Part shown: positions 56,900-64,000 of the stretch, piece by piece
Layout of the letters: every line of letters starts with the position of its first letter
Numbering within the stretch: the stretch's first letter is position 1
Assembly: GCA_963797555.1 (NCBI GenBank)
Contig: CAWCPV010000005.1
Span: 32,001 to 96,000, forward strand
Direction of reading: 5' to 3'
DNA length: 64,000 bases
Origin: an uncultured Gammaproteobacteria bacterium
GTDB lineage: Bacteria > Pseudomonadota > Gammaproteobacteria > CAWCPV01
The notes under the pieces: generated by a model
The model's input: the letters and a program-made list of their open reading frames with translations, nothing else
Database searches by the model: none
What the model was told of the DNA's origin: nothing
Made by a program: the position numbers and the translations under genes

Positions 56900-58288
56900 A
56901 TGACGACTGCCCGTGCTGACCCGGCCCGGATCGAGGTGCGCGGCGGGCGTGTCATCGACCCCATGCAAGGTACCGACGGCCCGCAGGACGTGTACCTCGC
57001 ACAGGGACGCATTGTCGGCCTCGGTCAGGCTCCGGACGGCTTCGTCGCCGACCTGGTCATAGAGGCGGCGGGATGTATCGTCAGCCCCGGCTTGGTCGAC
57101 CTCTGCGCAAGGCTGCGGGAGCCGGGACTGGAGCACAAGGGCACCATCGCCACAGAGACCCTGGCGGCAGCGCGAGGCGGGGTCACCACGCTATGCTGTC
57201 CACCCGATACCGACCCGGTAGTGGATACGCCGGCCGTAGTCGAGCTGATACGCAGCCGAGCCGAACAGGCTGGCAAGACCCGGGTCGTGGTTCTGGGGGC
57301 ACTCACCAGGAATCTCGCCGGAACCCACCTCAGCGAGATGGGCGCGCTGAAGCGAGCGGGTTGCGTGGGTGTAAGCAACGGCTCGCGGCCCATCGAAAAC
57401 ACGCTGGTGCTGCGCCGCGCGCTGGAGTATGCGGCCACCCATCACTTGGCGGTGTTTCTGGAGCCGCAGGACCCCTGGCTCAGTCACCACGGCTGCGTGC
57501 ACGAGGGGGAGGTCAGTATGCGCCTGGGACTGCCGGGTATTCCGGAGGCGGCGGAAACCGTCGCCCTAGCCCGAGATCTGGTCTTGGTGGAACAAACGGG
57601 CGTGCGCGCCCATTTCTGCCGCCTCTCCTGCGCGCGCGCCGTAGAGATGGTTCGCCGAGCTCAGGGTCACGGACTGCCAGTCACGGCCGATGTCAGCGCC
57701 CACCATCTCCACCTTACCGAGGCCAGCGTGACCGGCTTCGACAGCGCCTGCCACGTCCGCCCCCCCCTGCGCACCCTCTATGACCGCGAAGCGTTGCGCA
57801 GCGGGCTGGCGGACGGAACGCTGTGCGCCATTTGCTCCGATCATCAGCCCCACGAACCTGACGCAAAGTGCGCTCCGTTTCCGTCGACCGAACCGGGCAT
57901 TTCCGGCTTGGAAACGCTGCTTCCGCTGACCCTGCGTTTGGTCCGGGAAGGCGTCCTCAGCCTGCCTGAGGCGCTGGCACGGGTGACCTGCCTGCCCATG
58001 CGCGTCTTGGGGGAGGTGCAGGGCGGTACGCTGACTCCTGGCAGTCCTGCCGACCTGTGCATCATCGACCCGGACAACGTCTGGCGCCTGACCCCCCAGG
58101 AGCTCGTCAGCGCCGGACGCAACACGCCCTTTCTGGGGTGGGAGTTCACGGGCGCCGTCCAGGCCACCGTTGTGGCGGGAGAGGTTGTCTATCGCCGCCG
58201 CGGTCCACCGGTCGACGGGACCCGCAATCTACTGAACGTCGCAGCAGTAGGGCAGAGACAGAACGGGCGCAGAAAGGGCGCAATCTGA
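56900..58288 (+). CDS. pyrC: Dihydroorotase-like PyrC' (probably catalytically inactive ATCase partner)
   Basis: PGLVDLCARLREPG (HxH lost), PPLR, SDHQPH; start taken at ATG 56900. Confidence 0.88.
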   Translation: MTTARADPARIEVRGGRVIDPMQGTDGPQDVYLAQGRIVGLGQAPDGFVADLVIEAAGCIVSPGLVDLCARLREPGLEHKGTIATETLAAARGGVTTLCCPPDTDPVVDTPAVVELIRSRAEQAGKTRVVVLGALTRNLAGTHLSEMGALKRAGCVGVSNGSRPIENTLVLRRALEYAATHHLAVFLEPQDPWLSHHGCVHEGEVSMRLGLPGIPEAAETVALARDLVLVEQTGVRAHFCRLSCARAVEMVRRAQGHGLPVTADVSAHHLHLTEASVTGFDSACHVRPPLRTLYDREALRSGLADGTLCAICSDHQPHEPDAKCAPFPSTEPGISGLETLLPLTLRLVREGVLSLPEALARVTCLPMRVLGEVQGGTLTPGSPADLCIIDPDNVWRLTPQELVSAGRNTPFLGWEFTGAVQATVVAGEVVYRRRGPPVDGTRNLLNVAAVGQRQNGRRKGAI

Positions 58289-58298
58289 TTCGCGGTGC

Positions 58299-59399
58299 AT
58301 GCGCCGGCTCACGAAAAGAGGACAGGGAGGCAGACACATCTGGTACGAACTGCTGCGACCCTTACTGTTCAGGCTCGCGCCCGAGGACGCCCATCGCCTC
58401 AGTCTGTTCGTACTACGCCACGCGAGCCGTTCAGGGTTAGTCCGGGCGTCGCGGGGTCCACGCGCCTATGCGCCAAGCAGCGTAATGGGGATGGAGTTCT
58501 CCAATCCGGTGGGACTCGCGGCGGGCTTCGACAAGAGCGGCGAGTGCATCGACGCCTTCTTCGCCCTCGGCTTCGGCTTCGTCGAGATCGGCACGGTCAC
58601 GCCACGCCCGCAGAAGGGGAATCCTCGACCCCGCATCTTCCGCCTGCCGCAGGCCGCGGCGCTCATCAACCGCATGGGGTTCAACAACCCTGGCGTCGAG
58701 CGCGTGGTGGAAAACATCAAACGCTCGCGGGTCCCCGGCGTGCTTGGCATCAACATCGGCAAGAACCGAGACACCGCGCTTCAAGAGGCCGTAGAGGACT
58801 ATCTCGCGTGTCTACGGAACGTTTATCCCCACGCAAGCTACGTGGCGGTCAACATCTCTTCTCCCAATACACCCGGTCTGCGGGATCTACAGGGGGGCAG
58901 CGAGCTAGATCGGCTGCTGGCGGCCCTGAAGCAGGAGCAAGAGAGACTGGCCGCGAGGCATGGGCGCTATGTCGCGCTGGCGGTGAAGATCGCCCCCGAT
59001 CTCGATGCCGATCGGATCGACACGATCGCGAGAGTCCTACTGGAGTACCGGATTGACGCCGTGATCGCCACGAACACCACAGTCTCCCGCGAGGGAGTCG
59101 AGCACCACCCAGTCAGCCACGAGGCGGGAGGCCTGAGCGGCGCACCGCTGCGCGCGCGCGCCACCGCCGTGGTCGCGCAGCTCAGCAGAACGCTTCAGCG
59201 CAGGGTCCCCGTGATCGCCGTCGGCGGCATCATGAAGGCCTCCGACGCACTGGAAAAGGTCGTCGCCGGAGCCGATCTGGTACAGCTTTACACGGGCCTA
59301 ATCTATCGGGGGCCGCGCCTCGTTCAAGAGGTGTGCAGCGCGCTGTCGGAACGTCCGAGAGGACCGACTGACCCGTGCGCGAGTCGCTGCAGCGGCTAG
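58299..59399 (+). CDS. pyrD: Quinone-dependent dihydroorotate dehydrogenase
   Basis: NPVGLAAGFDK, INRMGFNN, NISSPNTPGLR, KIAPD, GGLSG; true start may be ATC 58338. Confidence 0.96.
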   Translation: MRRLTKRGQGGRHIWYELLRPLLFRLAPEDAHRLSLFVLRHASRSGLVRASRGPRAYAPSSVMGMEFSNPVGLAAGFDKSGECIDAFFALGFGFVEIGTVTPRPQKGNPRPRIFRLPQAAALINRMGFNNPGVERVVENIKRSRVPGVLGINIGKNRDTALQEAVEDYLACLRNVYPHASYVAVNISSPNTPGLRDLQGGSELDRLLAALKQEQERLAARHGRYVALAVKIAPDLDADRIDTIARVLLEYRIDAVIATNTTVSREGVEHHPVSHEAGGLSGAPLRARATAVVAQLSRTLQRRVPVIAVGGIMKASDALEKVVAGADLVQLYTGLIYRGPRLVQEVCSALSERPRGPTDPCASRCSG

Positions 59400-60523
59400 G
59401 CATCCACGCGCGGGAGCGACTCGGGGGGCTCGGCCGAAGCTGTGCTGGAGGTTGTATCGGCAGTCTGGCCCCCGAAGTTCATCTTCCATTCCAGATTGGT
59501 GCGGGAATCGGCGTTAGTCAGAGCTTCCTCCTTGATAATCTTCGCCGCCCGGTAGAGGTCGTAGAGCGACTGGTCGAAGCTCTGCATGCCTTTCATGCGT
59601 GTCTCCTCTATGGCGCGCTTCAGTTCGTCCATCTCACCCTTGCGGATCAGCTCGGCGATGTAGGGGGTATTGAGCATCACCTCCGCTGCCGGGAGACGCC
59701 GGCCGTCTACCCCTATGACCAGACGCTGGGACACGACGGCCCTGAGGTTGAGCGACAGATCCATGAACAGTTGGGCATGCTCCTCGTGGGGAAAGAAGCT
59801 GACGATGCGCCCCATGGCCTGGTTGGCATTGTTGGCGTGAAGAGTGGACAGCGCCAAGTGCCCCGTCTGACCGTAGGTGATGGCGTAGCGCATGGTGTCC
59901 TTGTCGCGTATCTCGCCGATCATGATAACGTCCGGCGCCTCGCGCATGGCATTCTTCAGGGCGTTGGCATAGTTGAGGGTATCGATACCCACCTCGCGCT
60001 GATTGATCACTGCCTTGCGGTGCTGGAAGACGTACTCCATAGGGTCCTCCACCGTGAGGATATGTCCGGATGTAGACGCGTTGCGATGGTCGAGCATGGC
60101 CGCAAGCGTCGTGGATTTCCCGGAACCGGTGGCACCCACCACCAGGATGAGTCCCCGCTTGAGCAACGCCAAGTCCTTGAGCACCGGTGGCAGGTTGAGA
60201 TCCTCGACCGTGGGGATGATCGTGGTCAGGTACCGGATCACCATGGAGATCTCGCCCCGCTGGCGGAACACATTCACGCGGAACCGGCCTAGCCCCTCGA
60301 CCGAGACCCCCAGGTTCATCTCCAGAGTGTCCTCGAAGATCTTGACTTGGTTCTGGTTCATGAGGCCATACGCCAGCTCACGGAGACGCGTCCCCAGCAG
60401 CGGTTCGCTGCCGATCGGAGTAGCCTTTCCCTCCACCTTGATATTGACCGGCGCACCGGCACTGAAGAACAGGTCCGAAGCGCCTTTGGTTACCATCAAT
60501 TTGAGATAAGGGGTAAGCTCCAT
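59396..60523 (-). CDS. Second PilU-like PilT/PilU-family pilus ATPase
   Basis: ASDLF, GATGSGKST, TVEDP, AMREAPD, TGHL..STLH. Confidence 0.92.
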   Translation of the reverse strand: MELTPYLKLMVTKGASDLFFSAGAPVNIKVEGKATPIGSEPLLGTRLRELAYGLMNQNQVKIFEDTLEMNLGVSVEGLGRFRVNVFRQRGEISMVIRYLTTIIPTVEDLNLPPVLKDLALLKRGLILVVGATGSGKSTTLAAMLDHRNASTSGHILTVEDPMEYVFQHRKAVINQREVGIDTLNYANALKNAMREAPDVIMIGEIRDKDTMRYAITYGQTGHLALSTLHANNANQAMGRIVSFFPHEEHAQLFMDLSLNLRAVVSQRLVIGVDGRRLPAAEVMLNTPYIAELIRKGEMDELKRAIEETRMKGMQSFDQSLYDLYRAAKIIKEEALTNADSRTNLEWKMNFGGQTADTTSSTASAEPPESLPRVDA

Positions 60524-60662
60524 CGCGTTCACCTCGCAGCGATCGGCAGATTGCACACCGCGCGTTCAACGGCGTGCGGCACCACTCGTCTTCGGGGCTT
60601 AGGCGCCATCACGGGGGTGCCCGAACGTCGGGAAAAGCCTAAGATGCTCTCTCGACAGCGCT

Positions 60663-61826
60663 TCAGTATCGCAGCCCCCGTTCTTCGTCCTCCTGGATGC
60701 GCAGACGGTCCGCCCCCTCGAAGATATCTCTTCCGCCGGGCCTCTTGCTCTCGAGTTTGATGCGCAGGCGCACGTCGTTGACCGAGTCGGCATTGCGCAG
60801 GGCATCCTCGTAATTGATCAGCCCCGACTCGTAGAGATTGAACAGGGATTGGTCGAAGGTCTGCATACCGAGTTCGTTCGATCGGGCGATGAGATCCTTG
60901 ATCTCGTGGAACTTGCCCTTCAGGATCAGCTCCGCCATGAGCGGCGTATTGATCATGATCTCCACCGCCGGCACTCGCCCCGGCCCGCTCGGTTTCGGTA
61001 TCAACCGCTGGGAAACGAACGCCTTCAGATTGAAGGAGAGGTCCATCAAGAGCTGATGGCGCCTTTCCTCCGGGAAGAAGTTGATGATGCGGTCGAAGGC
61101 CTGGTTGGTGTTGTTGGCATGTAGCGTGGACAAGCACAGGTGCCCCGTCTCAGCGAAGGCTACGGCGTAGTCCATGGTCTCTTTGTCGCGGACCTCACCG
61201 ACCAGGATGACGTCCGGTGCCTGCCGTAAGGTGTTTTTCAGCGCCACGGCATAGCTTTGAGTATCCACCCCGACTTCGCGCTGGGTCACGATACAGTTCT
61301 GGTGACGATGCACGAATTCGATGGGGTCCTCAATGGTGATAATATGCCCGAAGCTGTGGGCGTTGCGATAACCTACCATCGCGGCCAGCGAGGTGGACTT
61401 GCCGGTGCCCGTTCCGCCGACGAACAGCACGAGACCGCGCTTCGCCAAGGCAACGTCCCGCAGCACCAGAGGAAGCCCTAGCTGGGCGAAGTCTGGGATA
61501 TCAGTTGCCACCGGGCGCACGGCCATCCCTACGCTGGCGCGCTGGACGAATGCGCTCACACGGAAGCGCGCGGTCCCCGGCAGGCTGATCGCGAAGTTGC
61601 ACTCCTTGGTGGCGTCGAACTCCGCGGCCTGCTTGTCGTTCATGATCGCCCGCGTAAGCTCCTGGGTCTGGATCGGCGAAAGCGCCTCCTTGCTTACCGG
61701 CGCCACCTTGCCGTCCACCTTGATGGCCGGAGGGAAGCCCGCCGTGACGAAGAGATCCGAGCCCTTCTTGCCCACGAGCAACTGCAGCAGCTCGTTCATG
61801 TAACCCATCGCCTGATCCCGTTCCAT
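60663..61826 (-). CDS. pilU: Type IV pilus ATPase PilU
   Basis: MERDQA start, GGTGTGKST, TLRQAPD, LLMDLSFNL; follows pilT. Confidence 0.94.
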   Translation of the reverse strand: MERDQAMGYMNELLQLLVGKKGSDLFVTAGFPPAIKVDGKVAPVSKEALSPIQTQELTRAIMNDKQAAEFDATKECNFAISLPGTARFRVSAFVQRASVGMAVRPVATDIPDFAQLGLPLVLRDVALAKRGLVLFVGGTGTGKSTSLAAMVGYRNAHSFGHIITIEDPIEFVHRHQNCIVTQREVGVDTQSYAVALKNTLRQAPDVILVGEVRDKETMDYAVAFAETGHLCLSTLHANNTNQAFDRIINFFPEERRHQLLMDLSFNLKAFVSQRLIPKPSGPGRVPAVEIMINTPLMAELILKGKFHEIKDLIARSNELGMQTFDQSLFNLYESGLINYEDALRNADSVNDVRLRIKLESKRPGGRDIFEGADRLRIQEDEERGLRY

Positions 61827-61837
61827 GTCCCGCCCTC

Positions 61838-62875
61838 CTAACGGAAGAGTTCCTTGCTCACCGCTCGCGCCCGCGCCTCCAGACGATTCACCAGCCCTCT
61901 GGCCACCAACTCTTGGAGGTGCTGGTCCAGCGTGTGCATTCCGACTGCCTGGCCGGTCTGGATGGAAGAGTACATCTGCGCGACTTTGTTTTCTCGGATA
62001 AGGTTGCGTATAGCCGGGGTGCCGATCATCAGTTCGTGAGCCGCCACGCGTCCACCCCCGACCTTCTTGAGCAGAGTCTGCGCCAGGACGGCCCGCAGCG
62101 ACTCCGAGAGCATCGCGCGCACCATGTCCTTCTCGCCCGCCGGAAAAACGTCGATGATCCGGTCGATGGTCTTGGCCGCAGAACTGGTGTGCAGGGTCCC
62201 AAACACGAGATGACCGGTCTCTGCCGCGGTCAGAGCGAGGCGGATGGTTTCGATGTCGCGCATCTCACCGACCAGAACGATATCCGGATCCTCACGCAAT
62301 GCGGCGCGCAGGGCCTCGCTGAACCCGAGCGTGTGGGTGTGGACCTCCCGCTGGTTCATCAGGCATCGTTTACTCTCGTGGACAAACTCGACGGGGTCCT
62401 CGATCGTAAGGATGTGGGAATAGTCGTTCTCGTTCTTGTAATCGATCATGGCTGCCAGCGTCGTGCTCTTCCCCGAGCCGGTTGGACCCGTCACCAACAC
62501 GAGACCGCGGGGGACATCCACGAGCTCGCGGAAGGACGGCGGGAAACCTAGCTCCTCGAGCGTCTGGATCTTGTGCGGGATGGTTCGGAACGCCCCGGCC
62601 GCGCCTCGCAGCTGGTTGAAGGCATTGACGCGGAAGCGGGCCAACCCCGGGATCTCGAAGGCGAAGTCGACATCCAAGAACTCCTCGTAGTCCTTGCGTT
62701 GCTTGTCGCTCATGATGTCGTACATCATCGCGTGCACCGTCTTGTGGTCCAAGGGCGGCACATTGACTCGCCGCACGTCTCCGTCCACCCGGATGAGAGG
62801 GGGGAGGCCCGCTGAAAGGTGCAGGTCGGAGGCGTTGTTCTTGACACCAAACGCGAGCAACTCGGCGATGTCCAT
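61838..62875 (-). CDS. pilT: Twitching motility retraction ATPase PilT
   Basis: MDIAELL, GPTGSGKST, LREDPD, AIRNLIRE. Confidence 0.97.
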   Translation of the reverse strand: MDIAELLAFGVKNNASDLHLSAGLPPLIRVDGDVRRVNVPPLDHKTVHAMMYDIMSDKQRKDYEEFLDVDFAFEIPGLARFRVNAFNQLRGAAGAFRTIPHKIQTLEELGFPPSFRELVDVPRGLVLVTGPTGSGKSTTLAAMIDYKNENDYSHILTIEDPVEFVHESKRCLMNQREVHTHTLGFSEALRAALREDPDIVLVGEMRDIETIRLALTAAETGHLVFGTLHTSSAAKTIDRIIDVFPAGEKDMVRAMLSESLRAVLAQTLLKKVGGGRVAAHELMIGTPAIRNLIRENKVAQMYSSIQTGQAVGMHTLDQHLQELVARGLVNRLEARARAVSKELFR

Positions 62876-62933
62876 CTGATCTCCCCGGTAGCATGATTCG
62901 TAGTTATAGCCAGCTAAAAGTAGCGCGAAGACC

Positions 62934-63632
62934 ATGAGCGTGCAAGAGATCGGCCGGCGCCTGGAGATTGTAAGGCAGCGTATCGCAGTGGCAGAGCGAC
63001 GCGCCGGCCGGCCGGCGGGGAGCGTTGCCCTGGTCGCCGTGAGCAAGACCCGCCCGACAGCCGACCTGCTTGAGGCCATCCGTCATGGTCAGCGTCGGTT
63101 CGGAGAGAGTTATGTACAGGAGGCGCTGCCCAAGATCGAGGCGCTCTCCAGTGCGGGCCTAGAGTGGCATTTCATCGGTGCTCTGCAGGCCAACAAGACC
63201 AAGAAGGTGAGCCGACACTTTCAATGGGTGCACAGCGTCGACAGTGCGGCCCTCGCCCGTCGCCTGAGCACCCAGCGACCCCCAGACTTGGCGCCGCTCA
63301 ACGTGTGCCTGCAGGTCAACATCGACCGCGAATCCACCAAGCAGGGCGCCTGTCTTGAGGATCTACCCGAGCTTGTCGAGGTGGCGGCCAGCCTGCCCCG
63401 CCTGTGCTTGCGGGGGCTCATGGCCATGCCGGCACATCGAGAGGGCTTCGAGGAGCGACGGCTGGCTTTTCGTCCACTGCGGGAGGCGAGAGACCGATTG
63501 CGCACGAGCACGGGAGTGCCTCTCGACACGCTGTCCATGGGAATGACGGCCGACCTCGAGGCCGCGATCACCGAGGGCGCCACGCTGGTCCGCGTAGGCA
63601 CGGCGATCTTCGGACCCCGCGCGTTTCCGTGA
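62934..63632 (+). CDS. yggS: YggS-family PLP-binding protein
   Basis: VAVSKT, FGESYVQE, WHFIG, LSMGMT, VRVGTAIFG. Confidence 0.95.
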   Translation: MSVQEIGRRLEIVRQRIAVAERRAGRPAGSVALVAVSKTRPTADLLEAIRHGQRRFGESYVQEALPKIEALSSAGLEWHFIGALQANKTKKVSRHFQWVHSVDSAALARRLSTQRPPDLAPLNVCLQVNIDRESTKQGACLEDLPELVEVAASLPRLCLRGLMAMPAHREGFEERRLAFRPLREARDRLRTSTGVPLDTLSMGMTADLEAAITEGATLVRVGTAIFGPRAFP

Positions 63633-63781
63633 TATGATTGCCGCCTCTTGAGAAAGGGCGGTGCTGGGCGTCGCGAACCATTAGTCCAGCGGGACACCCA
63701 GGCACCGCACGATGAGGAACCCCGGTGCAGGCCCGAGGCATCGAACGGCCCTAGCCCGCCAGCCCGCATAGACCGCAATCC

Positions 63782-64000
63782 ATGCAGCCCAGGAAGATCG
63801 CCTTCATTGGCGGCGGTAACATGGCGAGTGCCCTCATCGGCGGGCTGATCGATGACGGCATGGATCCTGACACCATCGCGGTCGCCGACCCCGATCGGCA
63901 GCGACGCGAAGCGCTCAGCAGTGGCTTCTCGGTGCAAACGACGGAGAGCAACGAGCAGGCTGCAAAGGGCGCGGATGTAGTCGTATTCGCGGTTAAGCCT
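63782..64000 (+). CDS. proC: Pyrroline-5-carboxylate reductase (partial, runs off the window)
   Basis: MQPRKIAFIGGGNMASALIGGL..ADVVVFAVKP; follows yggS. Confidence 0.9.
   Translation, partial: MQPRKIAFIGGGNMASALIGGLIDDGMDPDTIAVADPDRQRREALSSGFSVQTTESNEQAAKGADVVVFAVKP

Overview
GC-rich window from a gammaproteobacterium (Chromatiales-like gene order; taxonomy is inference), made up almost entirely of core chromosome. Left to right: Anbu proteasome-like gene, a stand-alone cereblon/CULT-domain gene, an HDOD-GGDEF gene, gltBD, dgt-aroB-aroK, pilMNOPQ with pilM and pilN fused in one ORF, mrcA, malic enzyme, rpmE, lemA-htpX, rho-trxA-rhlB, tRNA-Gly(CCC), polA, decayed LOG and thrB genes, an L,D-transpeptidase/Lpp-OprI module, pyrE, rsmE, bioA, the Pil-Chp chemosensory cluster, gshAB, an apbE-like remnant, tonB-yqgE-ruvX-pyrR-pyrB-pyrC'-pyrD, two pilU paralogs, pilT, yggS and partial proC. 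I saw no CRISPR array, integrase or transposase. Single-base frameshifts in gltB (5), mrcA, chpA and gshA look like read or assembly errors, whereas the LOG, thrB and apbE-like relics look like real decay. The best candidate for a new system is the cereblon-like protein (intact tri-Trp cage) convergent with Anbu downstream of gltBD; the functional link is only a hypothesis. Next are the PilM-PilN fusion and a possible Lpp attach/detach module. All family calls come from motif recognition, not database searches.
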